Below the pieces are notes generated by a model. The model was given only the letters and a program-made list of their open reading frames with translations, did no database searches and was not told the DNA's origin. The position numbers and the translations under genes are program-made. A stretch of 64,000 bases of DNA, taken from the NCBI GenBank assembly GCA_039801885.1, contig JBDRVN010000001.1:4586-68585 (forward strand), in the 5' to 3' direction. Below are positions 48,848 through 58,515 of this stretch, one piece after another; position 1 is the stretch's first letter; every line of letters starts with the position of its first letter. The DNA comes from a candidate division WOR-3 bacterium (GTDB taxonomy: Bacteria; Hydrothermota; Tepidihabitantia; Tepidihabitantales; DTDR01).

Positions 48848-49481
48848 TAACCCAAATTTTTTTTATTTCTTCTATTAACTTCTTAACATCGGAGAAATTA
48901 ATTAAACCGGTCTCAATTCTTAAAGAATGATTAACAACGCTAACACCTACTCCGGCACTAATGATTTCGATGTTTTTAATATTCTTTTCTTTTAAGAAAG
49001 CAACTATTTCCGAGTTTAAAAGTTCATAAAGATTTTTATATCCTTTCGGATTTAATTTTGTTAAAGCACCACGAATAAGAATATTTAATTTTCTTGCCAA
49101 ATTAGGAATGGCATCCCGATAGTAATTTACAATCGCAAATTTATTTCCCGGTTCAGAAACGAAATAAACAATTTTTTTATACTCATCAACGATTAAATAA
49201 ATATCTTGATTAAGAAAAGATGTTTTAAAATTAGGTTTCAAAGGTATTTTATTTACCAAAGCATTTGAGCAAAAGGGACCGACAATTTCTTCCTTTTGTA
49301 AAACTTTCTGAGCCTGTTTATCTGCCCGCACCTCATCAATTCCGTAATTTTTAAATGCCTGATAAAGACCAATAATCTCATGAAAAATAGGAATATTTTT
49401 TAAAATTGCTCCACAACCAACTTTTTCGTTTAAATATTCGGAAGAAATGATTAAAAATTTTTCTTCTTCTCTCCTAACCAT
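48840..49481 (-). CDS. Conserved hypothetical protein
   Basis: 213 aa with no motif I can assign confidently; translationally coupled to purN. Confidence 0.4.
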   Translation of the reverse strand: MVRREEEKFLIISSEYLNEKVGCGAILKNIPIFHEIIGLYQAFKNYGIDEVRADKQAQKVLQKEEIVGPFCSNALVNKIPLKPNFKTSFLNQDIYLIVDEYKKIVYFVSEPGNKFAIVNYYRDAIPNLARKLNILIRGALTKLNPKGYKNLYELLNSEIVAFLKEKNIKNIEIISAGVGVSVVNHSLRIETGLINFSDVKKLIEEIKKIWVND

Positions 49482-50100
49482 TTTTTATTTCTAAAAAATT
49501 ATAAAACTTTTCTTTATTTTCTTCTTTTAAATAATAATTTACATTGCCTAAAATTAATCTATTCTCTAAAAGCCATTCAATAAGATTTTTGTGAGAAACA
49601 AAACGATAATAAAACTTTTCCGCATAGGGCTTTTGAGATAAATTATCAAGCACCATTGCTGTTAAAATATAAGGGGCGCTATTAAGGCTAATTTGATAAC
49701 CAGCAGGATAAATATCTCTTTCCGGAATTATCTCAATATCTTTAATATTTCCTTCAGAAAAAATTTGATAAGGATCAACCTGAGGTAAAAAACCAATTTT
49801 ATAAGCCAAAATTCCCATTCCAGCATTTTCTAAAAGATTATCTTTCTGTCCGCCTTTCATCACCATTCTAATTAAAAAATTTTTTACTTTAAATCTTTTT
49901 ATTAACTCTTTAAAAACTTCTTTAACTAAAATCTTCCCAAAACCTTTTCTCTGATAGTCCTTAAAAACATAAACATCGTAAAGAACACCTTTATCACCTT
50001 CCACTTCACCAAAACCTTCACCAATTAATTTCTCGCCAGAAAATAAGGAAATTTTTAAACCTCTTTTTAGTTCCAAAATTTTTAATTCGTAATTATTCAT
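49474..50100 (-). CDS. GNAT-family N-acetyltransferase (putative)
   Basis: An acetyl-CoA-binding-like motif A (VFKDYQRKGFGKILVKEV); 208 aa. Confidence 0.5.
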   Translation of the reverse strand: MNNYELKILELKRGLKISLFSGEKLIGEGFGEVEGDKGVLYDVYVFKDYQRKGFGKILVKEVFKELIKRFKVKNFLIRMVMKGGQKDNLLENAGMGILAYKIGFLPQVDPYQIFSEGNIKDIEIIPERDIYPAGYQISLNSAPYILTAMVLDNLSQKPYAEKFYYRFVSHKNLIEWLLENRLILGNVNYYLKEENKEKFYNFLEIKNG

Positions 50101-51599
50101 TTTCCTAAATTGGGATTTAATCTTATTGCTTTTTCTAAATATTTTGTCGCTTCTTCTTTTTTCCCCAAATCCCGATATAAGAGTCCTAAATTATACAAAC
50201 CAATATAATTATTGGGTTGTAAATTTATCAATTTTTTATAATATTGAATTGCTTTTTCTTTTTTATTCCATTCGGTATAAAGTCTTCCTAATTGAAAATA
50301 AAGTAAAGGATTTTTTTTATTTAGTTTTAATGCGCTATAATAGCTTTTTTCTGCTAAAAGAAAATCTTTCTTTTGGAAATAAGCATTTCCTAAATTAAAA
50401 TAAGCTTCAAAATAATTAGGTTTCAATTCTAAGGCTTTTTGAAAATTTTCAATTGCCTCAGGGATTTTATTGAGATTTAAATAAACATATCCACGATTAC
50501 AATATACTTGCGATAAAATATTTTCTTTATCTTCTTTAAGAAAATCATAACTTAAGATTTTTTCATATAATCTTAAAGCCTCCTCGTACTCTTGTTTTTT
50601 TGCCAAAATATTACCGAGTAAAAGATAATTTTCATAGGAATCACAACTAATTTCGCAGAGAATTTTGGCTACTTTCTTAGCATTTACCAAATCTTCTTTA
50701 GAAAAATAAAGCAAAGAAAGATTTTTTAAAGTTAAAAGGTATTCATTTTTTAATGATTTTTTACTTTCTAAAATTTTTCTTAAAAATTCTAAATTTCTAA
50801 TTGCTAAATTATAATCATTTATTTTGCTGGAGTAAAAATTAACATAATAACTGAAAAATTGTAAAAAGTAAATTGTCAATCCAAAATCAATCGGCACATA
50901 AGAAAGGGGTGAAGAATATGTAACTTCCCAATAAAGTAATTTATTATCCACTTTTATTGCTAAAAGAAAGTCTTTTTCCCTTTTAATAAAATTTATTGAA
51001 TAATTAAACATTTTTAAAATATAGGCTTCAATAATTAAGAGATATAAAAAAGGTATTTTTTTTCGCATTCGGTAAAAGAGAATCGCCTCTTTAAAATTGA
51101 AAAAATCTTCTGTTATTGGCGGTCGCAATTCTAATAAAGTATCTCTTAATGCCATAAGAGAGTTTAACCGATATTCTTCTTCTTTACTAATTTTAACAAA
51201 GCTTTTATTAAATTTTTCTTTAACCAAAAAATAAATTTTACTGATTTCTAAACTAATTTCTAAGGCATCATTAAAATTTACGGAAGAAACAGATATTAAA
51301 GGATAAATAAAACCGGAAGCGCTACCAATTACTCTTTCAATTGCTATAATTTTTTCTTCCCAAAATTCTGGTTTATTAAAAAATTCTTCATAAGAAAAAT
51401 AAGAAAACTTAAAAAGTTCTTCCATTTTTTCTCTTTCGTCTTCGGAAAAAAATTTTTCTCCCACCGCTATTTTTTTTAATTCTTCTTTTTCTTTCTCATT
51501 CAATAAAATCAATCCTTCTTTTTCTTTATTAAGCAAATCGGCTGCTTCTTTTTTCCTTTTTTCTATTTCTTTTTCTAATAATAAAATATAATTTTCCAT
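50097..51599 (-). CDS. TPR repeat protein
   Basis: The C-terminal half carries about eight TPR units (AxxxYxxA, NLG/NYx patterns); 500 aa. Confidence 0.7.
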   Translation of the reverse strand: MENYILLLEKEIEKRKKEAADLLNKEKEGLILLNEKEKEELKKIAVGEKFFSEDEREKMEELFKFSYFSYEEFFNKPEFWEEKIIAIERVIGSASGFIYPLISVSSVNFNDALEISLEISKIYFLVKEKFNKSFVKISKEEEYRLNSLMALRDTLLELRPPITEDFFNFKEAILFYRMRKKIPFLYLLIIEAYILKMFNYSINFIKREKDFLLAIKVDNKLLYWEVTYSSPLSYVPIDFGLTIYFLQFFSYYVNFYSSKINDYNLAIRNLEFLRKILESKKSLKNEYLLTLKNLSLLYFSKEDLVNAKKVAKILCEISCDSYENYLLLGNILAKKQEYEEALRLYEKILSYDFLKEDKENILSQVYCNRGYVYLNLNKIPEAIENFQKALELKPNYFEAYFNLGNAYFQKKDFLLAEKSYYSALKLNKKNPLLYFQLGRLYTEWNKKEKAIQYYKKLINLQPNNYIGLYNLGLLYRDLGKKEEATKYLEKAIRLNPNLGK

Positions 51600-51696
51600 A
51601 GATATTAATTATAAATTAAGCCGTTTCAAAAATCAAATATCTTTGAAATCTAATAAACCTTGAAAAATTATGATTATTAAGTAAAATATTTAAAAT

Positions 51697-51770
51697 GCGC
51701 CCGTAGCTCAATTGGAAAGAGCGACGGACTACGAATCCGTAGGCTGGAGGTTCGAGTCCTCTCGGGCGCA
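51697..51770 (+). tRNA. tRNA-Arg (anticodon ACG)
   Basis: GCGCCCGTAGCTCAATTGGAAAGAGCGACGGACTACGAATCCGT...GGTTCGAGTCCTCTCGGGCGCA forms a cloverleaf. Confidence 0.85.
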
Positions 51771-51779
51771 TAAAATTTT

Positions 51780-52229
51780 ATGAAATTTACTGATATTTCT
51801 TTTATGGAAGAAGCAATTAAGGAAGCCGAACTTGCTTTAAAGGAAAATGAAGTACCTGTTGGCGCCGTAGTAGTATATAAAAACAAAATAATTGGTCGAG
51901 GTCATAATCAAATGGAAAAGTTGAAAGATCCTACTGCCCACGCTGAAATGATCGCAATTTCTTCTGCTTGTAATTATTTAAAGGACTGGCGATTGAAAAA
52001 CACAACTATTTATATCACTTGTGAACCTTGTTTAATGTGTATGGGAGCAATTTTATTAGCAAGAATAAAAAAAATTGTTTATGGGACAAAAGAAGAGAAT
52101 TTTGGCTTTTTCTCTAATTACTCAAGATTTTATAAATCTATTCAAGAAAAAGTTGAAATAATTAATGGAATAAAAGAAGAAGAGACAAGAGACTTGTTAA
52201 AAAAGTTTTTTGAGGAGAAAAGAAGATGA
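51780..52229 (+). CDS. tadA: tRNA-specific adenosine(34) deaminase
   Basis: The CDA zinc motifs HAEMIAI and CEPCLMC are present; 149 aa. Confidence 0.85.
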   Translation: MKFTDISFMEEAIKEAELALKENEVPVGAVVVYKNKIIGRGHNQMEKLKDPTAHAEMIAISSACNYLKDWRLKNTTIYITCEPCLMCMGAILLARIKKIVYGTKEENFGFFSNYSRFYKSIQEKVEIINGIKEEETRDLLKKFFEEKRR

Positions 52230-52238
52230 TAAAAAATT

Positions 52239-52327
52239 GGAGAGGTGGCCGAGTGGACGAAGGCGCGCGACTCGAAATCGCGAACCCACCTAAAAGTGGG
52301 TCGGGGGTTCGAATCCCTCCCTCTCCG
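52239..52327 (+). tRNA. tRNA-Ser (anticodon CGA)
   Basis: GGAGAGGTGGCCGAGTGG... has a long variable arm, an anticodon stem-loop CGCGA-CTCGAAA-TCGCG, and a T-arm GGTTCGAATCC; 89 nt. It is followed by a T-run. Confidence 0.85.
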
Positions 52328-52525
52328 CTTTTTTTATTTATAATTATTTTCAACTTACTTTTTAGTGAACCTTTCGTTGTAAAAAGAAACGAAAACTTAA
52401 GAGAACCAAATTTTTATAATAAAGTAATAAAGCGATTTTCTCATTATAAATCCCGGAGAAATAAAAAATTATATTCTTTACCCAAAAGACTTACTTTAAA
52501 TAAGCAAAATATTGACACAATTAGA

Positions 52526-55450
52526 GTGTTAGCAATCAGAGTAGAATTTCAAGAAGATGATGATACTTTAACAACGGGAAATGGAAAAATGGATTTAATG
52601 GGTTTTTTAACCGAGCAAGATGGACTTTATTATGACCCACCCCATACTAAAAAATATTTTGAAAATCTTCTTTTAGGTTTGAGAAATTATTTCTGGCACA
52701 ATTCTTTGGGAAAACTTCATATTGAATTTAAAGTAATGCCCGAAGGAGCATTAGATGCCTATCAACTTCCCCATTCAATAAAATATTATGGCGATACTAT
52801 GTGGAAATGGCCAAATTATGATTTTCGCGGAATAGAAATGGGGCTTTGTCGTCTTATGGAAGATGCTTTTATTCTTGCTGACCAGGATACAAATATTAAT
52901 TTTAGTGATTATGATTATTTTATAATCTTTCATGCTGGTTCCTGTGCTCAAACTGACATTAAAGAAAACTCACCTTTTGACCTATGGGCTGCCACAATTA
53001 ATAGTGAAGCATTAGAATATTATTTAGGGAAACCCTATATTGAAGTGGATAATGGAAATAAAAGAATTGATATTGCCTGTATTTTACCAGAAATGACTAG
53101 GCAGGATACTTTATTACCTAACGGAAAAATAAACTATGGTGGAATGATGGGAATGCTCGGACTTTTTACTCATGAATTCGTTCATCTTTTAGGCGGTTAT
53201 GATTTGTATGATGTAACTGGTTATTCTATGGGGGTCGGCGGCTGGAGTTTGATGGGCTACGGAGGCTGGCTTGGTGGTTATGATTGTCCACCAGGAACTA
53301 TTCCTGCTTATCTTGACCCATTTCATAAAGTCTTATTTGGTTTTTTTGAACCAAAAGTTATTAATCTTTCATTAGATAGTCTATTTTGCTTTACAATGGC
53401 TATGGACTCATTGCTATTTTCTGAGAAAGATACTCTGCCGTTTATATATAAAATGACAATTTCGGAAGATGAATATTTTCTTATTGAAAACCGACAAACC
53501 GATGTCCGCAAAAAAGATACAATTGTCGTTAAAAGAGAAAACGGCGTTGTTATTGGTGTAGAAGATGGTGAATATGATTTCTTTTTACCTGGCGGCGGCA
53601 TTTTAATTTGGCATATTGATGAAAAAATTATTAGGGAATACGGTCCTTATAACGCGATAAACATCAATCCCGCTCATAAAGGTGTTGATTTGGTAGAAGG
53701 AGACGGGATTCAAGATTTTGATAAATTTATTTATCAGGATTATTATGAAATGATTGGTTCTAAATACGACCCTTTTTTCAAAGGTGGTTTTTTAGATAGT
53801 TTAACCGAAAATACTAATCCCAATAGTGATGGTTATTATGGAAAGACTTATTATCGCTTTCGTATTCTTTCTGAACCAGATACAGTTATGTATTTTACTT
53901 TTCAGAATAGATTATTAAGAAAAGAATTGACAAAAAATTTTTCCGAGCCCTTATTATCTCCTTTGGCAGCAGATTTAAATTGTGATGGTAAAAAAGAAGT
54001 AATAATTCCTTGCTCAACAGGAGTAATTTATGCTTACGAACCCGATGGCAACCCTTATTTAGGTTATGAAATTCTTTGCCAATTACCATCAGAAATAACA
54101 GCCGATTTATCTATTGGTGATATTACCGGTGATAGTTTATTAGAAATAATAATAATCTCTTATGACCGCATTGTTGTTATTGATGCTTTCGGAAACTTTC
54201 TTTTTGATTTATTTTTAAACGGCGAAATAAAAAGTGAAGCATTACTTTACGATGGTAATAACGATAATAAGAAAGAAATTATTGTTGGAACTGAAAAAGG
54301 TTATCTATATATAATTAACGGTGAAGGAAGAATAAGAGAAAATTTTCCTATAAGACTAATGGGAAAAATAAAATTGACACCAGCAATTTGTGATTCTCAG
54401 ATTGTTGTTCTTACTGATGATAACCAATTATATTTACTATCTTTGAATGGCAATATAAAAATTGGCTTTCCAATTTCTCTTTCCAACTCTCCTTTCTCTT
54501 CTCCCTCATCTCCAATTATTTCTGATTTTAATAATGATGGAAAAAAAGAAATTCTATTATTAATTCCAATTAATTTAAATTACAAATTATTTATTATTTC
54601 ATCTGATGGAAATATAAAATATTCTTCTCAAGAAATTATGGAATATCCTTCTTTTTCTTCCTTAGCAATTGGTGATGTGAATAATGATGGCAATTATGAT
54701 ATAATTGTTTTTAGTAAAAATAAAATATTTGCCTTTAATTATAATCTTACTTTAATTAACAACTTTCCGATTTTTTTTGATTCTACTTATTTAAAAGAAA
54801 TTATTTTAAATGGCTATCTTTTCTATGAAGAAATATCTTTTTATTTTTATACTTCACCGGTTATTGGTGATTTTGATGGTGATGAAATTTGTGATATCTT
54901 TGCTGGACTTCCCAACTTTGGTTTTTCTATAAATAAAAAACAAAAATTATTTACTACCGGTGGGATAAAAACTATTCCGTTTATTACTGATTTGGACAAT
55001 GATTCTTTTGTTGAATTACTTATAACTACCGAAGATAATTATTTATATGTCTATAATACCTTTGGTAAAGAGAATAACATATTTTGGCAGACAAAATTAG
55101 CAACTACCGAAAGAGATGGGAGGGTTTTAAAGGAATTAGAAAGAAAAGTTACTTCTGATAAATCACTTATCAGTTATTTTTATATTTATCCCAATCCCAT
55201 TACCATTAATGATCAAAAGGGATATCTAAGATTTTATCCCACCCAAGAAATAAAAGAAGCAAAGATTGAAATTTATGATTTTTCTTTCAAAAAAGTATTT
55301 GAAGATAAGATAAATAATTTAAAAATCTTAGATAATGAATATAGAATTGACATCAGAAAATTTAAAACCGGTATTTATCTTTTGAAACTGGAAGTTAATT
55401 CTCAAAATAATAAAGAAATAAAATATTATAAGTTTGGTGTTGTAAAATGA
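52526..55450 (+). CDS. M6-family (immune inhibitor A-like) zinc metalloprotease with FG-GAP/VCBS-like repeats and a T9SS C-terminal domain; 5' end unresolved
   Basis: An HEFVHLLGGYDLYD HExxH motif in an InhA-like context, and multiple DxNxDGxxE repeats. The C-terminus is TGIYLLKLEVNSQNNKEIKYYKFGVVK. The ORF is open from 52226 through tRNA-Ser, and the first in-frame canonical start after the tRNA is GTG 52526. Confidence 0.6.
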   Translation: MLAIRVEFQEDDDTLTTGNGKMDLMGFLTEQDGLYYDPPHTKKYFENLLLGLRNYFWHNSLGKLHIEFKVMPEGALDAYQLPHSIKYYGDTMWKWPNYDFRGIEMGLCRLMEDAFILADQDTNINFSDYDYFIIFHAGSCAQTDIKENSPFDLWAATINSEALEYYLGKPYIEVDNGNKRIDIACILPEMTRQDTLLPNGKINYGGMMGMLGLFTHEFVHLLGGYDLYDVTGYSMGVGGWSLMGYGGWLGGYDCPPGTIPAYLDPFHKVLFGFFEPKVINLSLDSLFCFTMAMDSLLFSEKDTLPFIYKMTISEDEYFLIENRQTDVRKKDTIVVKRENGVVIGVEDGEYDFFLPGGGILIWHIDEKIIREYGPYNAININPAHKGVDLVEGDGIQDFDKFIYQDYYEMIGSKYDPFFKGGFLDSLTENTNPNSDGYYGKTYYRFRILSEPDTVMYFTFQNRLLRKELTKNFSEPLLSPLAADLNCDGKKEVIIPCSTGVIYAYEPDGNPYLGYEILCQLPSEITADLSIGDITGDSLLEIIIISYDRIVVIDAFGNFLFDLFLNGEIKSEALLYDGNNDNKKEIIVGTEKGYLYIINGEGRIRENFPIRLMGKIKLTPAICDSQIVVLTDDNQLYLLSLNGNIKIGFPISLSNSPFSSPSSPIISDFNNDGKKEILLLIPINLNYKLFIISSDGNIKYSSQEIMEYPSFSSLAIGDVNNDGNYDIIVFSKNKIFAFNYNLTLINNFPIFFDSTYLKEIILNGYLFYEEISFYFYTSPVIGDFDGDEICDIFAGLPNFGFSINKKQKLFTTGGIKTIPFITDLDNDSFVELLITTEDNYLYVYNTFGKENNIFWQTKLATTERDGRVLKELERKVTSDKSLISYFYIYPNPITINDQKGYLRFYPTQEIKEAKIEIYDFSFKKVFEDKINNLKILDNEYRIDIRKFKTGIYLLKLEVNSQNNKEIKYYKFGVVK

Positions 55451-57924
55451 ATTTTTTTTTGACAATCTTAATAATTTTCTATTCTGAGCAATTAATAAAC
55501 GATTCAATTATTAAAAATGATTTTTTAATTAATGATGATAATATTGGCGGCGCCACCCAAGAAATTCCTAAAGGTACTTCTTATGGCATAAGAATAGCAA
55601 TTACTTTTGGAGATTTCCGAGACGGCAATTGTTCGCCCTATTTTTTAATCCTTGATTTAAATGGCCAAAGGTTAATTGAAGAAAAAAGAGCAAGTGATGA
55701 TGGTGGATTGAAATGGAAAGGGGAACCAGCGGTTGCCTTTTTCAATAATCGGATTGTAATTGTTTGGGAAGATAGAAGAAGTTGTAATTCTGATATCTAT
55801 TATCAAATTTTTGATTCTTTGGGAAACGGAATTTTAAGTAACCGAAAAGCAAACGATGATAATACTCAAAATGACCAAAGAGGTGCATCAATAGCCTTTC
55901 TGCCTAATGGAAATTTTATAATTGTTTGGGAAGATTGGCGCAATGATTATGGTGATATTTATGCCCAAATCTTTGATGAAAATGGCAATAAAATTGGCAA
56001 TAATTTCCGAGTTAATGATGATCCTATTGGATTTGCTTGGCAATATTCAGCACATATTGGTGTAAAAAGTAACGGCGAGTTTATTATTGTTTGGGAAGAC
56101 GGCAGAAACGGCAATTGGGATATTTATGGTCAGATTTTTGATTCTAACGGTAATCGGATAGGCAATAATTTCAAAATCAACGATGACAATACTTCGGCTT
56201 GGCAATTCTCTTCAAGAATTTGTGTCAATAAAAATAATTATTGGTTAGTAGTTTGGGAAGATGAAAGGAATGGCAATTGGGATATTTACGCACAAATTTT
56301 TGATTCTCTAAGTAGAAGAATAGGTAATAACTTTATTATTAATGATGACAATACTCTTACTAACCAAAATTTACCAAGTTGTGCAGCCGATACCCTTGGT
56401 AATTTTATTATTGCCTTTGCTTGTAATCGGAACGGTAATTCTGATATTTATAAACAAAGAATTACTCAAGAAGGAATAAAAATTGGTAATAATGAATTGA
56501 TAAATGATGATGTTTCTAATACTTACCAAACTTCCCCTTGGGTTATCTCGCTGGTTAATAACTATCATTTAATTTTGTGGCAGGATAATAGAGAGGGAAA
56601 TGACGATATTTATGCCCAATTTTATGATGGAAATAATGTAAAAATTGGTATCAATTTTAAAATTAATAGGGATAATGCTTCTTCCCACCAAAGATGTCCA
56701 TTTATTTCTGCAAATCAAGAAGTTTTTGGAATTTGTTGGGAAGACGAGCGAGAAGAAGATTGTCATATTTATACTACTTTCTTTGATACCTTAGGAAATT
56801 TTTTAACCACTAATAGAAAAATCAGCGAAGTTAGTTATAATTTTTTTTCTTCTTTGGCAATTAATTCTTATAATAAATCTCTTCTCTCTTGGTTAACCGT
56901 AAGGGAAGTAAATACTGATGTTTATGGTCAAATAACCACTACCTTTGGAAACTTAATTGGGAATAATTTTAAAATCAACGATGATACCAATAATAGTTTT
57001 CAAGATTGGCCAATTGTCGCTTGTTCTCCAATTGGAAAATTTTTAGTAATTTGGACTGATTATCGAGAAGAAAGGGCAACAATCTATGGACAATTTTTTG
57101 ATTCCTTGGGTAAGAGAATTGGGAATAATTTCAAAGTAAGTGATAATAATGAGGGAAATGCCTTATACGGATTTTTAACTTTTGCTGATACTATTCCGGT
57201 ATGTGTCTGGATGGATAATCGTTTAAGTGATTATAATATCTATTTAAAAATCGGCAATAACCAAAGTATCTTAGTAAATGATGAAACAAATGATTTTCAA
57301 GGTTATCCAACTTGTGCCTTTAAAGATTCAATAATTGTTGTTAGTTGGGAAGATGAAAAAAATGGCAATACTGATATTTATTGCCAGATCTTTAAGATTA
57401 ATGGTGAGCGAATTGGCAGGAATATCTTAGTAAATGATGATAATACTAAATATGAACAATACTCACCTTCTATTGCCTTTACTAATGATGGTGAGTTTAT
57501 TATTACTTTTTGTGATTTTAGAAAAGGATATGGCGATGTTGATGTTTATGCTCAAAGATTTGATTATTACGGTAATAAAATTAGTAATAACCGATTGGTC
57601 CATGAGCCTGATTTGTTTTTTGGAAATAATCAATGGACCTTATCCCAAAGTATTTCGGCTGTAAATGGTAATCTCGCTTTCTGTTGGGTCGACAATCGAA
57701 GACATAAAGGCTGGGATATTTATTGTAAAATTGTAAAGAAAAATTATTTGTTTTTAGAAGAAAATAAAAAAATAAAGATTATTTCTAAATTAGATTTCAA
57801 AAAGAAAGAAATTTTTTCAATAATGGGAAGGGTACATAAAAGAAATTTAAAAACCGGCATCTATTTTGTAAAAAGAGGTAAAGAGTTTAAAAAAGTTATT
57901 TATTTGAAAGGAGGAAAAAAATGA
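55447..57924 (+). CDS. Secreted tandem-repeat protein (~14 TolB/PD40-like beta-propeller blades) with a T9SS-like C-terminus
   Basis: A signal peptide and about 14 repeats of ~48 aa (P.IA...G.FIIVWED.R.GN.DIYAQIFD..GN.IGNNF.VNDD). The C-terminus is TGIYFVKRGKEFKKVIYLKGGKK. Confidence 0.55.
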   Translation: MNFFLTILIIFYSEQLINDSIIKNDFLINDDNIGGATQEIPKGTSYGIRIAITFGDFRDGNCSPYFLILDLNGQRLIEEKRASDDGGLKWKGEPAVAFFNNRIVIVWEDRRSCNSDIYYQIFDSLGNGILSNRKANDDNTQNDQRGASIAFLPNGNFIIVWEDWRNDYGDIYAQIFDENGNKIGNNFRVNDDPIGFAWQYSAHIGVKSNGEFIIVWEDGRNGNWDIYGQIFDSNGNRIGNNFKINDDNTSAWQFSSRICVNKNNYWLVVWEDERNGNWDIYAQIFDSLSRRIGNNFIINDDNTLTNQNLPSCAADTLGNFIIAFACNRNGNSDIYKQRITQEGIKIGNNELINDDVSNTYQTSPWVISLVNNYHLILWQDNREGNDDIYAQFYDGNNVKIGINFKINRDNASSHQRCPFISANQEVFGICWEDEREEDCHIYTTFFDTLGNFLTTNRKISEVSYNFFSSLAINSYNKSLLSWLTVREVNTDVYGQITTTFGNLIGNNFKINDDTNNSFQDWPIVACSPIGKFLVIWTDYREERATIYGQFFDSLGKRIGNNFKVSDNNEGNALYGFLTFADTIPVCVWMDNRLSDYNIYLKIGNNQSILVNDETNDFQGYPTCAFKDSIIVVSWEDEKNGNTDIYCQIFKINGERIGRNILVNDDNTKYEQYSPSIAFTNDGEFIITFCDFRKGYGDVDVYAQRFDYYGNKISNNRLVHEPDLFFGNNQWTLSQSISAVNGNLAFCWVDNRRHKGWDIYCKIVKKNYLFLEENKKIKIISKLDFKKKEIFSIMGRVHKRNLKTGIYFVKRGKEFKKVIYLKGGKK

Positions 57925-58514
57925 TTTTTCTTTTAATTTCTTATCTTTTTAGTTTAAATCCCAAATTTTACGCCTTCTCTTCGTTAGTTGTCCCCGGAAC
58001 CGGTGAATTACTTTTGAAAGAAAAGAAAGGCGAATATTTTATCTATTCCGATATTATCTTTATTTCTTTTTATCAGACTTTTAAATTCTTAGCAAAAAGG
58101 GATAACCAGAATGCTAAGATTTTTGCCTGCCAGTATGCAAAAGCAAACTTTTCCCAAAAGGAAAAATATTTTAATCTTTTAGAAATCTATTCTTCTAATG
58201 AAGAGTATAATGAAGAGGTTTTAAAGGATGCTAGAAATCTGTTTCCTGACGACCCGGAAAAACAGAAAGAATATTTAAGAAAAAATGGTTATTTTGATAA
58301 CGATGCCTGGCGTTGGGAAAATAATTCTTTAAAGCTTGATTATTTTAGAAAAAGAAGAGAAGTAAGAAATAAAAAAATGGTTTCTTCTTTTTTCCTTTCC
58401 GGTTCAATTTTATTGAGAATTGGTTCTTTCTTAAACTGCTTATTTTTTAGTAAGAACAAAAATCTTTCATTAGAATTTCTTCCTTCAGGTCTTAAAATAA
58501 GTTATAATTTTTAA
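57921..58514 (+). CDS. Hypothetical protein
   Basis: 197-aa ORF with an overlapping start and stop (translationally coupled) and no recognised motifs. Confidence 0.35.
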   Translation: MIFLLISYLFSLNPKFYAFSSLVVPGTGELLLKEKKGEYFIYSDIIFISFYQTFKFLAKRDNQNAKIFACQYAKANFSQKEKYFNLLEIYSSNEEYNEEVLKDARNLFPDDPEKQKEYLRKNGYFDNDAWRWENNSLKLDYFRKRREVRNKKMVSSFFLSGSILLRIGSFLNCLFFSKNKNLSLEFLPSGLKISYNF

Positions 58515-58515
58515 T

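Noticed and set aside
52226-52327. ATG 52226 as the true start of the M6 metalloprotease
   Set aside because: It would require translating through the complete tRNA-Ser gene and would give a 35-residue charged N-region before the signal-peptide core. I treat it as unlikely and flag the unresolved start as a finding instead.
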